Source of the DNA: an uncultured Chloroflexia bacterium
Lineage (GTDB): Bacteria > Chloroflexota > Dehalococcoidia > DSTF01 > WHTK01
DNA length: 64,000 nucleotides
Reading direction: 5' to 3'
Assembly (NCBI GenBank): GCA_963703905.1
Contig: CAVPFY010000007.1
Coordinates: 334,374-398,373, forward strand
The stretch's first letter is position 1. Each line of letters starts with the position of its first letter. The position numbers were made by a program, and so were the translations under genes. Shown here in pieces: positions 38,171-48,018 of this stretch. The notes under the pieces were generated by a model. That model saw nothing but the letters and a program-made list of their open reading frames with translations. It had not been told where the DNA came from and searched no databases.

Positions 38171-39023
38171 GGGTCACGCTCTGGGGCACCCGCGGCTCGC
38201 TGGCCGCGCCCGGTCCCGAGACGGTTGGCTACGGGGGCAACACGGCCTGCGTCGAGATCCTCGCCGCCGATGGCGGCACCGTCATCCTCGATGCCGGTAC
38301 GGGCCTGCGCCGGCTGGGCCTGACCCTGGTCGGCGGCTCGCGCCGTATCGACATCCTGCTTTCGCATCTGCACGTCGACCACATCCAGGGCCTGGGGTTC
38401 TTCGGCCCGCTGTTCGAACCCGGCCGCGAGATACACATCTGGGGCCCGCCCTCCACCACCATGGGCATGCGCGCCCGCCTTGCGCGCTACCTCTCGCCGC
38501 CGCTGTTTCCGGTGCCGCTGCGCGAGCTGCCTTCGCGGCTGACGCTGCACGACGTACCGCTCGATACCTTCGAACTCGGGTGTCTCAAGGTCGATGCCGG
38601 CCTGATCTGCCACCCGGGCTCCTGCGTTGGCTATCGAATCGAGGAAGCTGGACTGGTGCTGACTTACCTCCCCGACCATGAACCGGCGCTGGGCGCGCGC
38701 GCGTTCCCCGGTCAGACAGACTGGATCTCCGGCTACGAGCTGGCGCGCGACGCCGACCTGCTGATCCACGACGCCCAGTACACGGACGAGGAATATCCCG
38801 GCCAAGGCGGGCTGGGGCCACAGCTCCATCACCCAGGCTATCCAGTTCGCGATGGCCTGCAACGTCCGGCGCCTGGTTGGCTTCCACCACGACCCCGACC
38901 ACTCGGACGACATGCTCGACCGCCTCTGCGCCGACATCGTCAGGCAGGAGCTACCATTCGACTTCAAGCCCGGCTGGGAGGGCGAGATCTTCGACTTGCG
39001 GCGCGGAGCGCACACCAATCTGA
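38167..39023 (+). pseudogene. MBL-fold metallo-hydrolase (frameshift near 38805; 3' end uncertain)
   Basis: MRVTLWGTRGS...YGGNTACVEI...LLSHLHVDHIQGL. The protein continues in ORF 38852.. as WGHSS.../MACNVRRLVGFHHDPDHSD. That frame has no stop before the hairpin, so a further indel is likely. Confidence 0.7.
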
Positions 39024-39040
39024 TCGCGGAGCCTGGGAAT

Positions 39041-39094
39041 GGACTTTGGAATCTGGAATTTGGGGTAAGACCCAGATTCCAGATTCCAAAGTCC
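39041..39094. terminator. perfect 19-bp inverted repeat between convergent genes
   Basis: ggactttggaatctggaat - 16 nt - attccagattccaaagtcc. It is visibly AT-richer than its surroundings. Confidence 0.55.
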
Positions 39095-39097
39095 AGC

Positions 39098-40335
39098 TTA
39101 GCGCCAGCGCTTGAAAAGCAGCGCGGCGTTGTGGCCACCGAGGCCAATCGACGTCGAGAGCGCGTATTCGAGGCCCGATACCGTGGCGCGCCTTGTTGGG
39201 CACGTAGTCCAGGTCGCAGTCGGGGTCTGGCTCCAGGTAGTTCACGGTCGGCGGCAAGACCTGGTCTTGTAGGGCGAGGACCGAGATCAGCGCCTCGACG
39301 GCGCCGGCCGCGCCCATCATGTGCCCGGTCATCGACTTGGTCGAAGAGACGGCGAGCTTGTAGGCGTGGTCGCCGAAGACCCGCTTGATCGCCGTCGTCT
39401 CCACCTTGTCGTTCAGCGGTGTGCCCGTGCCGTGGGCGTTGATGTAGCCGATGGCCTCCGGGGCGATGCCGGCCTTGCGCAGGGCCATCTCTATCGCCAG
39501 CACGGGGCCGCGGCCGGACTCCTCGGACGCCACCATGTCGAAGGCGTCGTTGCTGCAGCCGTAGCCGGCGAGCTCGGCGTGGATGCGGGCGCCGCGCGCC
39601 TGGGCGTGCTCCAGGCTCTCGAGGATGAGGGCGCCGGAGCCTTCGGCGACGACGAAGCCGTTACGCCGGCGGTCGAAGGGCCGGCACGAAGCCGCGACGT
39701 CATCGACGCTGGCGATGGCGCGCATCGCGTGGAAGGCGGCGTACATGAGCTCGTTGATCGGCGCCTCAGCGCCGCCGGCGATCATGAGGTCGGCGTCGCC
39801 GCGGCGGATGATCTCGGCCGCTTCGCCGATGGCCGCGGCGCCGGTCGCGCAGGCGGCGACGACGGCCATGTTCGGCCCCATGGCGCCGGTGAGGATGGCG
39901 ATGTGGCCGGAGACCGCGTCCGGCAGCATGTTCGTGAGGAAGAAGGGGCTTACGCGCCGGGGACCGCTCTCGCGCAGGATGCGGGACTGCTCTTCGACCA
40001 GGATGTAGCCTCCCGATCCGGCGCCGAAGACAACGCCCGTCGAGGGCCCCAGCGGCCCCTCCAGGGAGAGGCCGGCGTCGCGAATCGCCTCCAGGGCGGC
40101 CGTGGCGCCGAACTGGGCGTAGCGGTCCATGCGCCGAGCGTCTTTGGCGGGCAGGGCGTCCGGCCGGAAGCCCTTGACCTCGGCCGCGACGTCGACATCG
40201 AACCTGGAGGCGTCGAAGAGGCGTGATGCGGCCGATGCCGCCGCGGCCGGCCAGGAGCGAGTCCCAGGTCGAGGCGACGTCGTTGCCGACGGGGGTAACG
40301 GCGCCGAGGCCTGTTACGACAACGCGGCGGCTCAT
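39098..40335 (-). pseudogene. fabF: beta-ketoacyl-ACP synthase II (two frameshifts, near 40222 and 39180)
   Basis: [18 protein letters not shown]..., an active-site region [12 protein letters not shown], and INAHGTGTPLND. The true C-terminus SIGLGGHNAALLFKRWR was read by hand in another frame. Confidence 0.9.
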
Positions 40336-41396
40336 GCCGGCTGGCGCGACTCCAGTGGCTGCCCGATGCCGGCAAGCTGGTCCGGACGGGCGTCTTCGAC
40401 GTTCACGAAGGGAAGGTTAGCACTGAAACGCCGGGCGATGTTGCTCAGCGAACGCCCCGGGCCGACCTCGACGAAGGTCTGGATGCCCTGGTTCACCATG
40501 GAGCCCATGCACCGCACCCATTCGACCGCCTCGCAGATCTGGTCGGACAGCTCCTGCATGACCTCGTCCGCTGTGGTCAGTAGCGCCCCGTCGATGTTCG
40601 AGACCAGGGGCGCGCTGGGCGCGCCAAAGCGGGTCACCTGAATGACCTGCCTGAGCTGATCGGCGGCCTCGCGCATGACGGGCGTGTGTCCCGGTACGCT
40701 GATCGGTAGGCGGCGAACGCTGGCGCCCTGTTCTCGGGCGATGCTCATCGCGCGCTCCAGAGGGCCGAGGTCGCCGGAGATCACGAATTGGTTCGGCGCG
40801 TTGTGGACCGCGATGGCGACGGCCTCGCTGTCGGACACGGTGGCGCAGATCGCCCGCACTTCCTCCTCGCCGAGGCCGTGAATCGTCGCCAGGCCGCCGG
40901 GACGAAGGCGCGCCCACTCTTTCATGATCCGGCCACGGGCGCTGACCAGTTGCAGGCCGTCGTCCAGGGGCACCGACTCGGACGCCACGGCGGCGCTGAA
41001 CTGGCCCAGGCTGTGGCCGGCGAAGGCCGAGGGCATCAGGCGGCCGGGACCTCCCGCTTCGCCGAAGCGCTCTTTCAGGTATTCGAAGTAGGCCACGCTG
41101 GTGGCCAGAAGCGCCGGCTGCGTGTTCTCGGTGTCGTCCAGCTCCGCCGCGTCGGCGTCGACGCAAAGGCGGGAGAGGCTGAAGTCGAGCGCCCGGTCGG
41201 CCTCTTCGAAGACGGCCCGCGCCGCGCGCGAAATATCCAGAAGGCGCGCGGCCATGCCGGGGCGCTGAACGCCCTGGCCGGGGAAGAGCACGGCGAACAG
41301 GGGCAGCCTCGGGACAGGAGCAGGTCCCGAAACCTGAGTGTCGGCACTAGTGTCGGGCACCCCGGCCTCCGTCACCTTTTGTGCTCCTTTTGGCAT
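40332..41396 (-). CDS. fabD: ACP S-malonyltransferase
   Basis: FPGQGVQ..., the GHSLGQFSA nucleophile motif, and a start at the ATG at 41396 (verified by hand). The stop overlaps the fabF start. Confidence 0.88.
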   Translation of the reverse strand: MPKGAQKVTEAGVPDTSADTQVSGPAPVPRLPLFAVLFPGQGVQRPGMAARLLDISRAARAVFEEADRALDFSLSRLCVDADAAELDDTENTQPALLATSVAYFEYLKERFGEAGGPGRLMPSAFAGHSLGQFSAAVASESVPLDDGLQLVSARGRIMKEWARLRPGGLATIHGLGEEEVRAICATVSDSEAVAIAVHNAPNQFVISGDLGPLERAMSIAREQGASVRRLPISVPGHTPVMREAADQLRQVIQVTRFGAPSAPLVSNIDGALLTTADEVMQELSDQICEAVEWVRCMGSMVNQGIQTFVEVGPGRSLSNIARRFSANLPFVNVEDARPDQLAGIGQPLESRQPA

Positions 41397-41542
41397 ACTT
41401 TCCTGCGCAAATATAGCACAGCCGCAAGCGCCGGTATGCGGCTGCACGGGCGGTCGTTTGGCCGGCTTGTCAGCCGCGGAGCGGGCCGCGCCGCCGGCCT
41501 TCAGGACGCTGCCATTCACCGGCCGCCGACTATACTTCGTCC

Positions 41543-42484
41543 GTGGAGCGCGCATCGATCATTTCCAACCCCGTGGCGCGCAAAGCCCTTTCGCGCCAGC
41601 GCCTCACCAACGCCGCCGCCGCCATGAAGCCGCGCGGCTGGGAGGTCGAGGTCCTCGAGAGCCAGGCGCCAATGCACGCGCGCGAGCTGGCGCGCGAGGC
41701 CGCTGCCGCGGGTTCGAGCGTGGTTTTTGCCGCCGGCGGCGACGGCACCTTGAACGAGGTGATCAACGGCATCCTGGGGAGCGCGGTCTCCCTCGGCGTC
41801 ATCCGCGCCGGCACCGGGAACGTCTTCGGCAAGGAGGTGGGCGTGCCTCGTAACGTCGAGCGCGCCCTGGACGTGCTGGTGGACGGCCGCGACTACCGTT
41901 TCGACCTGGGGTTCGCGGAGGGGCCAGGGCTCGCCGGCCTGCCCGGCGATACGGCAAGGCGCTACTTCCTCCTCATGGCCGGCATCGGCTTCGACGGCGC
42001 GGTGGTGCGCCGCGTGCCCAGCTGGCCCAAACGGCTGCTCGGCACCACGTCTTACGTCCTCTGGGGCGGCGCCGAGGCCTTCAAGTTCAGGAGCCGCCCG
42101 GTCTGCCTTGAAATCGACGGCGAGCGGGCCGAAGCTGACCTTTACTGGACGCTGATCAGCAACACGCGTTCCTACGGCGGCGTCGCGGACATCGCCCGCC
42201 ACGCGGTCGCGGACGACGGCCTGCTGGAGGTGTACACGTTCGCCGGCGGCGGCCTGCCATGGCTGGTGGGCATGAGCGCCCGCATCGCCCTCAAGCGGCA
42301 CGATCAGGCGCCGGGCGTGTCCTACCGCCGCGCCGCCTCGGTGCGTGTCGAGACGCCGGACCTGGACGTGCAGGCCGACGGCGAGTACTTCGGCCGGACC
42401 CCGATGAGCTTTGGGGTTGCGTCAAAAGCGCTGTCCGTGCGGCTCGCGCCCGGGGCTCCCGATCGCCTTCTGGCGTCGGCCTAG
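41543..42484 (+). CDS. diacylglycerol/lipid kinase family protein (YegS/BmrU-like)
   Basis: The motif is [18 protein letters not shown], followed by [11 protein letters not shown]. Confidence 0.85.
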   Translation: MERASIISNPVARKALSRQRLTNAAAAMKPRGWEVEVLESQAPMHARELAREAAAAGSSVVFAAGGDGTLNEVINGILGSAVSLGVIRAGTGNVFGKEVGVPRNVERALDVLVDGRDYRFDLGFAEGPGLAGLPGDTARRYFLLMAGIGFDGAVVRRVPSWPKRLLGTTSYVLWGGAEAFKFRSRPVCLEIDGERAEADLYWTLISNTRSYGGVADIARHAVADDGLLEVYTFAGGGLPWLVGMSARIALKRHDQAPGVSYRRAASVRVETPDLDVQADGEYFGRTPMSFGVASKALSVRLAPGAPDRLLASA

Positions 42485-42492
42485 CGTTGTCG

Positions 42493-43281
42493 ATGAGCGA
42501 GAGCATCGACCCCGTCGCGTACAACCGCGAAGCCTGGGACCGGCAGGTGGAGCTTGGCGATGAATGGACGCGCCCGGTCTCTAGTGAGGTCATCGGACGC
42601 GCGCGGGCGGGCGACTGGTCCGTGGTGCTGATCGACTACGAGCCGGCGCCGAAGGCCTGGTTCCCGGCGGACCTGCGCGGCGCGCGCGTCCTCTGTCTCG
42701 CTTCCGGTGGTGGCCAGCAGGGGCCAGTGCTGGCTGCCGCGGGCGCGGACGTAACCGTCTTCGACAATTCACCGGGTCAGCTGCGGCAGGACCGCATGGT
42801 GGCGGAGCGCGACGGCCTGACGCTGCGCACGGTCCTCGGCGACATGCGCGACCTCAGTGCCTTCGAAGACCAGAGCTTTGACCTGATCTTCCATCCAGTT
42901 TCGAACCTGTTCTGCCCCGACCTGGCGCCGGTGTGGCGGGAGTGCTGCCGCGTGCTGCGGCCTGGAGGCGCCCTCCTGGCCGGCTTCATGAACCCCGACC
43001 TGTATATCTTCGATACGGAGGCCGTCGATCGGGGTGAACTCACCGTCCGGCACAGCCTGCCATTCTCCAGCCTGGCGGACCTCAGCGCCGATGAGCGTGA
43101 TCGCGCCTACGGAGCAGGCGCGCCGCTGGAGTACAGCCATACTCTGGCGGAGCAAATCGGTGGCCAGATCGCGGCCGGCTTTGCGATCACTGGGTTCCAG
43201 CAGGCGCCGCACCACGGCGATGTGACGGCCCGCTACATGCCCGGCTACTTCGCGACGCGCGCCGTGAAGGCCGGGCCCTAG
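42493..43281 (+). CDS. class I SAM-dependent methyltransferase
   Basis: [28 protein letters not shown] (motif I) and [11 protein letters not shown]. The start at 42493 was verified in frame. Confidence 0.8.
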   Translation: MSESIDPVAYNREAWDRQVELGDEWTRPVSSEVIGRARAGDWSVVLIDYEPAPKAWFPADLRGARVLCLASGGGQQGPVLAAAGADVTVFDNSPGQLRQDRMVAERDGLTLRTVLGDMRDLSAFEDQSFDLIFHPVSNLFCPDLAPVWRECCRVLRPGGALLAGFMNPDLYIFDTEAVDRGELTVRHSLPFSSLADLSADERDRAYGAGAPLEYSHTLAEQIGGQIAAGFAITGFQQAPHHGDVTARYMPGYFATRAVKAGP

Positions 43282-43303
43282 ACCACCGCGTTTTTGCCGC
43301 CTC

Positions 43304-43486
43304 CCTGTCATTCCGACACCCTTTGGTGTGTCACTCCGAGGTCGTTTCGGTCTGTCATTCCGACGTGAGGAGGAATCCCGGATCAGGCGCTGTACTTGGA
43401 GAATGCTCGCGTCCTTAAGCCGGAAGCCCCTCCGGGATTCCTCCTCACGTCGGAATGACAATGTCGCGTCGGAATGACAATGACAG
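43304..43486. mobile_element. MITE-like element: perfect 28-30 bp TIRs (43352..43381 / 43432..43460) nested in an outer partial inverted pair
   Basis: The structure is ctgtcattccgacgtgaggaggaatcccgg ... ccgggattcctcctcacgtcggaatgacaa. The outer pair is ctgtcattccgac (43305) and gtcggaatgacaatgacag (43468). The TIR is the same as in the 19917 array. Confidence 0.8.
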
Positions 43487-43521
43487 TGAGCGCTGATCGG
43501 TGCTGTCGGCTTGCGCGAAGC

Positions 43522-44691
43522 CTAGCCCAGGGTGCCGCCGGCCACCTGGTAGACGCTCGCTGCTTCCAGGAAACTGGCGTCGAAGCCGTGGTCGTCCGTG
43601 GCCGTGAACCAGACCTGGTCGAAGTCGGCGATGCTGGCCAGGACAGAGCGCCGGCGGCGTTCGTCGAGCTCCGAGACGATGTCGTCGAGCAGGAGCACCG
43701 GCGGGTCCCCCAGGTCTTGCTGGAAGAGGCGCGCTTCGGCCAGTCGCAGCGCCAGCGTGGCGGTGCGCACTTGCGCGCGTGATGCGAATGAGGCCGCCGA
43801 AGCGCCGTCGATGCGGATCGCGACTTCGTCGCGGTGCGGGCCGATGAGCGAGAGGCCGGCCGCGACTTCGCGCCGGCGCAGGGAGCGCATGCCCTCGATC
43901 AGCGCCGCCGCTACTTCTTCCACGCCGGCGCCCGGATCCAGGCGCAAGGCCTGATCGTCGCCGAGGCGGGGGCAGTACTCGACGTCCAGCGCCTCGACGG
44001 CAGCGCCGCTGAGCTCGCGGTGGTAGTGGGCCGCGACCGGCGTCAGGGTCGAGCAGGCCCGCAGGCGCGCCTCAACCATGAGCGCGCCTTCTTTCACCAG
44101 GGACTCATCCCAAAACGCCATTTCGTCGATGCCGCTAAGGCCTTCCTTGACGCGCTTGAGGGCGGCGTTGCGCTGCTGGAGCACGCGCCCATAGCGCTGG
44201 GCGGCGGCGTAGTAGCGGCGGTCCAACTGCGAAAGCATCGAATCCAGGAATCGGCGCCGCTCTGAGGGCGAGCCTGTCACGATGGTCATGTCTTCCGCCG
44301 TGAACAGCACCGCGCGAAGCTGGCCGACGAAGTCGACGCCGCGCCGCGCTATGCCGTTGACTCGCAGGCGCTTGCCGGCCCGCGAAGGCGGCGATCCCGG
44401 CGCGGCCGGGCCGACGACGATGGCCTCGAGCTGGATGGGCCCGGCGTGGCGCTCGACGGCGGCCGAAACGCGCGCTACGGGCTGCGGTTCGGCCTCGGCG
44501 TCCCAGCCGATGAGATCGCTGTCGCTGGAGGCGCGGGCTGACCTGGCGCCGGCGAGCAGGTACACGGCTTCGAGGAGATTGCTCTTGCCCTGGGCGTTAT
44601 CGCCCAGAAAGAGCAGGTTGCCCTGAGGAAGAGTGATGTCGAGATTGCCGTAGTTGCGGTAACCGCTGAGTTGAAGGCGCCTCAGGTACAA
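43522..44691 (-). CDS. recF: DNA replication/repair protein RecF
   Basis: A TTG start gives MYLRRLQLSGYRNY. It has the Walker A motif GDNAQGKSNLLEA and the C-terminal LLLDDIVSELD. Confidence 0.88.
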   Translation of the reverse strand: MYLRRLQLSGYRNYGNLDITLPQGNLLFLGDNAQGKSNLLEAVYLLAGARSARASSDSDLIGWDAEAEPQPVARVSAAVERHAGPIQLEAIVVGPAAPGSPPSRAGKRLRVNGIARRGVDFVGQLRAVLFTAEDMTIVTGSPSERRRFLDSMLSQLDRRYYAAAQRYGRVLQQRNAALKRVKEGLSGIDEMAFWDESLVKEGALMVEARLRACSTLTPVAAHYHRELSGAAVEALDVEYCPRLGDDQALRLDPGAGVEEVAAALIEGMRSLRRREVAAGLSLIGPHRDEVAIRIDGASAASFASRAQVRTATLALRLAEARLFQQDLGDPPVLLLDDIVSELDERRRRSVLASIADFDQVWFTATDDHGFDASFLEAASVYQVAGGTLG

Positions 44692-44727
44692 GAAAAACCC
44701 CGCGGCGATTATCGCACGGGGTCTTCC

Positions 44728-44797
44728 GCATCCTGAGACGCGTCGCTTCGGCATCCTGAGACTGTCGCTTGATCGTCCTGAGCCTGTCGAAGGGCGC
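44728..44797. repeat. three tandem ~21-23 nt repeats (catcctgagac..gtcgctt), the last resembling the 12.4-kb hairpin-loop motif
   Basis: The units are gcatcctgagacgcgtcgcttcg / gcatcctgagactgtcgcttgat / cgtcctgagcctgtcgaagggcg. The reverse complement of the last unit, cgcccttcgacaggctcaggacg, resembles cgcccttcgagagcctcaggacg at 12615. Confidence 0.65.
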
Positions 44798-44813
44798 CGG
44801 TCGGCGGCAGGCG

Positions 44814-45521
44814 CTAAGTACCGGAGACGCTAATCTTCATTCGCAGGCGTGACAGCTCCGGCCGCGACTCCTCGACAGCCGCCGAGTACTGAGTGGCCGC
44901 GCGGATTGCGCCGGCGATTTCGGTCGCGGTTACCGGCGCCCTGAGGTGCACCAGAATGCGCGAGTCGCCCTCGTTGTACCGCTCGACGGAAGCGCCGGCG
45001 ACCTGCTGCATCGAAGACAGGGCTTTCTGGACGTCCATCAGGGCCTGGAAGCCCGGCACGCCGCTGATCGCCAGGCCAATGCCTTCGCCACCGGGGTGGA
45101 AGGCGGCCTCGGCGGGCTCGCGGACGCCGGCCGGCTCCGCCAGGCGCTCCAACAGGTCGCCCATCAATGTCGATAGGCCCTGAAGGTGGTCGACGAGGCG
45201 CTCGAGGGAGCCGGCCAGGGCGCCGAGCTGGTCGCCCATTACCCGGCGCTGCTCTTTGTCCTCATCCAGCTGGCGTTCGAGGCGCCGCCCCAGCTCTTCG
45301 ATCGAAGCGCGCGCCGCCTGCAACTCTCCGTTAGCGCCGGCGAGGCCGGACGAGCCAACGATGGCTTCCTGGAGCTCCGCGAAGGCGCGGGCAAAGGAAG
45401 AGGCGACGCGGGCAGACGATTCCTGGTCGGGTCTAGATTGGCTTTCCGACAATCTGTCCTCTGCAAGCCGCCTCTTGCGGCCATTTATCTCGTCCGGGGT
45501 CTTGAAAATTATCGGCACCAC
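44814..45521 (-). CDS. hypothetical coiled-coil protein with a compact C-terminal domain
   Basis: It has a heptad-like segment ELQAARASIEELGRRLERQLDEDKEQ and the C-terminus GIGLAISGVPGFQALMDVQKAL...RILVHLRAPV. The start is uncertain (GTG near 45521, or 45602 per the ORF track). Confidence 0.45.
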   Translation of the reverse strand: MVPIIFKTPDEINGRKRRLAEDRLSESQSRPDQESSARVASSFARAFAELQEAIVGSSGLAGANGELQAARASIEELGRRLERQLDEDKEQRRVMGDQLGALAGSLERLVDHLQGLSTLMGDLLERLAEPAGVREPAEAAFHPGGEGIGLAISGVPGFQALMDVQKALSSMQQVAGASVERYNEGDSRILVHLRAPVTATEIAGAIRAATQYSAAVEESRPELSRLRMKISVSGT

Positions 45522-45590
45522 GCACCCCGCGCGCAGGCCTGACCGGGGACGGATCACATATGGGATTGTAATCGGTCTTATCCTAAACGT

Positions 45591-46388
45591 GTGACCCAAC
45601 AACGCTCATCAGGAGACACCCTACTTCGCGCCGTTACAAAATCCAGCGGTTTGGCCCGGCGCAAGGCCTTCGCCGCCATCCGCGAGGGCCGCGTCACCGT
45701 AGGCGGGACCGCGGCCCTGGAGCCTTCGGCGCCGTTCGACGGCCACGGCGAGCTCCGGCTCGACGGGGCGCCGCTTATCGCTTCGGCTGAGGCGAAGGTC
45801 TACCTGGTGATGAACAAGCCGCCGGCGACAATCGCCGCGACCTCGGACCCTCACGGCCGCGGCACGGTAATGGACCTCGTGCCGGTCGAGATGCGAGTGC
45901 CCGGCCTCCACCCTGTGGGCCGCCTGGACCTGGACACCACGGGCCTGCTGCTTCTCACGAACGACGGCGACTTCACTCAGAAGCTCACGCATCCCCGCAA
46001 CGAGGTCGAGAAGGAGTATTGGCTTTCGGCGCGGCCGCCGCTGATCGAGGACGCCCGCGAATGGCTGCGCGAGGGCGTCGACATCGACGGCGAGCTGCGG
46101 CTGCCGGTCGCGGTCAAGCGCCTGCCCGAAGGCACCGGCTTCGAGACCAGCATCGTGATCCGCGAGGGCCGCAAGCGCCAGGTGCGGCGCATGGTGGAGG
46201 CCGCGGGATCGCGTGTCCTGCGGTTGAAGCGTGTGCGCGAAGGCCCGCTGCTGCTGGGCGCTCTCGAAGAAGGCACGGTCAGGGCGCTGACGCCGGCCGA
46301 AGTCGCGATGTTATCGGGTCAGTCGCGGCGCAAGGCCGCGCTCAGCGCCGCGAGTAGCCGCTCGCGAACATCAGCCCGACGCCGATAA
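45591..46388 (+). CDS. RsuA/RluB-family pseudouridine synthase with an S4 domain
   Basis: The catalytic motif is PVGRLDLDTTGLLLLTNDG, followed by HPRNEVEKEYW. Confidence 0.85.
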   Translation: MTQQRSSGDTLLRAVTKSSGLARRKAFAAIREGRVTVGGTAALEPSAPFDGHGELRLDGAPLIASAEAKVYLVMNKPPATIAATSDPHGRGTVMDLVPVEMRVPGLHPVGRLDLDTTGLLLLTNDGDFTQKLTHPRNEVEKEYWLSARPPLIEDAREWLREGVDIDGELRLPVAVKRLPEGTGFETSIVIREGRKRQVRRMVEAAGSRVLRLKRVREGPLLLGALEEGTVRALTPAEVAMLSGQSRRKAALSAASSRSRTSARRR

Positions 46389-47091
46389 TCGCGGCCGCGA
46401 GGCCCAACATGACCGCGCGGGCCGGGTGGATGCCGGCGCCGGCGAGGCCGCCATTGCCTGTGTTCGGCGGCGTGATCGTGCCGGGCGCAGCCGCGGGACG
46501 GGCTGGCGCTGGCGCCGCGGCGTCAACGACGGCCGTTGGCCGGTTTGGCTCTGCCGGGGCCGCGATGACCACCGCGGGTTGCGGCGCAACCGGTGCGGGG
46601 ATGCCGTTGAACAGCGGGTCGGTCCCGTCCGGCGAGGTCCCGGGCACGAAGCCGGAGGGCACGTAGACCTGGCCGCGCAGCTCGCCTTCAGGGTGGGCTT
46701 TCGTGTAGAGCACGACATAGAACTCGCCGGCGATGAATTCGTCCAGCTCGGACGGGCTCAGCGCGAGGTGGCCCGAAGTCACGATGAAATCACCGCCGGC
46801 CAGGTGCTTGAACAGGGCGCCGTTCGCGCCGGGACTGCCCCTGAACATGTCGGCGCCTTCGACAAGCGTGTTGGAGAGGCCTTTGACGTCGACGGTGTAG
46901 TCGGCCTCGGTGCGGGCGTCGTTGAAGAAGAAGCGCACGAAGCCCCAGGCGCCGCTGCTAACCGGCGGCACGACGTTCTCGCCGTGCATGTCGGTCTGGA
47001 AGACGAAGGCGACGCTCGCCGACGCCGCCGCTGGGGCGGCGAGCCACAACAAGGCGATGAGGGAAATCAGCGGCAGAAGGCGGCGAATCAT
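46342..47091 (-). CDS. CHRD domain protein with signal peptide and C-terminal PPNTGNGG-TM-RR sorting-like tail
   Basis: The signal peptide is MIRRLLPLISLIALLWLAAPAAASA. The CHRD pattern is GENVVPPVSSGAWG...YVVLYTKAHPEGELRGQV. The tail is PPNTGNGGLAGAG...LGLAAAIIGVGLMFASGYSRR. Confidence 0.7.
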   Translation of the reverse strand: MIRRLLPLISLIALLWLAAPAAASASVAFVFQTDMHGENVVPPVSSGAWGFVRFFFNDARTEADYTVDVKGLSNTLVEGADMFRGSPGANGALFKHLAGGDFIVTSGHLALSPSELDEFIAGEFYVVLYTKAHPEGELRGQVYVPSGFVPGTSPDGTDPLFNGIPAPVAPQPAVVIAAPAEPNRPTAVVDAAAPAPARPAAAPGTITPPNTGNGGLAGAGIHPARAVMLGLAAAIIGVGLMFASGYSRR

Positions 47092-47199
47092 TGGTGCTTC
47101 CGTGCGCGACGATTGACGGTGCCGTATTGGAGTCGCTGGTATTATCGGGAAGCCCGCCATAAAGATCATCCGTCAACACCCGCAGACCAGGAGAGCAGT

Positions 47200-48018
47200 A
47201 TGAGCGATTACGCGCGGCCGGACATGATCGTCGATGGTGAGTGGCTGGAGAAGCGCCTCGGCGACCCCGCGGTCCGGATCGTCGACTGCGACCACCCGGA
47301 ATCGTGGAACCGGGCCCACCTGCCCGGCGCGGCGCAGGTCACGGACCACTATTTCAAGAACCCGGCCAACAGCGTCTTCATCATGGACCCGGACCAGTTC
47401 GCCGCGACAATGTCCGGCATGGGCATCGGCGACGACACCCTGGTTGTCGGCTATGACACATCCGGCGCCCGTTACTCCGGCCGTCTCTGGTGGTGCCTGA
47501 ACTACTACGGCCACGCCAACGTCAAGATCCTGGACGGCGGCTGGCCGAAGTGGTTCCGCGAGGGCCGCCCGGTCTCGATCGACCGGTCCGTCCCACCACC
47601 CGCGAAGTTCACGCCGAAGCCGAACGCCTATCTGATGGCTGACGCTGACGACGTCAAGGCCGCGATCGGCCGGCCGGATACCGTGATCCTCGATGCCCGC
47701 AGCGACGGCGAGTGGCAGGGCCTCGAGTCGAGGGGAAACAAGCGCGCGGGGCGCATCCCCGGCTCCGTGCACATGGAATGGCTGCGAAACGTCGGCGACG
47801 ACGAGCTGCAGCTCCTGAAGCCGGCGGATGAGCTTAGGCGAATGTACGAGGCCGCGGGCGTGACTCCCGACAAGGAAGTGATCACCGTCTGCCAGGCGGG
47901 CATCAGGGCAGCGCAGGCAGCGATCGTGCTGAAGCTCCTCGGCTACGAGCGCGTGCGCGTCTACGACGGCTCCTTCGCCGAGTGGGGCAATCGCGACGAT
48001 ACGCCTATCGAGCGGTAG
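47200..48018 (+). CDS. thiosulfate/3-mercaptopyruvate sulfurtransferase (tandem rhodanese)
   Basis: It has two rhodanese modules and an active-site loop VCQAGIRAA. A GGAGAG RBS precedes the ATG at 47200. The ORF-track 5' extension is antisense to the CHRD gene. Confidence 0.85.
   Translation: MSDYARPDMIVDGEWLEKRLGDPAVRIVDCDHPESWNRAHLPGAAQVTDHYFKNPANSVFIMDPDQFAATMSGMGIGDDTLVVGYDTSGARYSGRLWWCLNYYGHANVKILDGGWPKWFREGRPVSIDRSVPPPAKFTPKPNAYLMADADDVKAAIGRPDTVILDARSDGEWQGLESRGNKRAGRIPGSVHMEWLRNVGDDELQLLKPADELRRMYEAAGVTPDKEVITVCQAGIRAAQAAIVLKLLGYERVRVYDGSFAEWGNRDDTPIER

Noticed and set aside
46426-47199. The 5' extension of the 530-aa ORF 46426..48018.
   Set aside because: The first 258 codons are antisense to the CHRD gene and look non-coding. 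The rhodanese homology begins at the ATG at 47200, which has a GGAGAG RBS.
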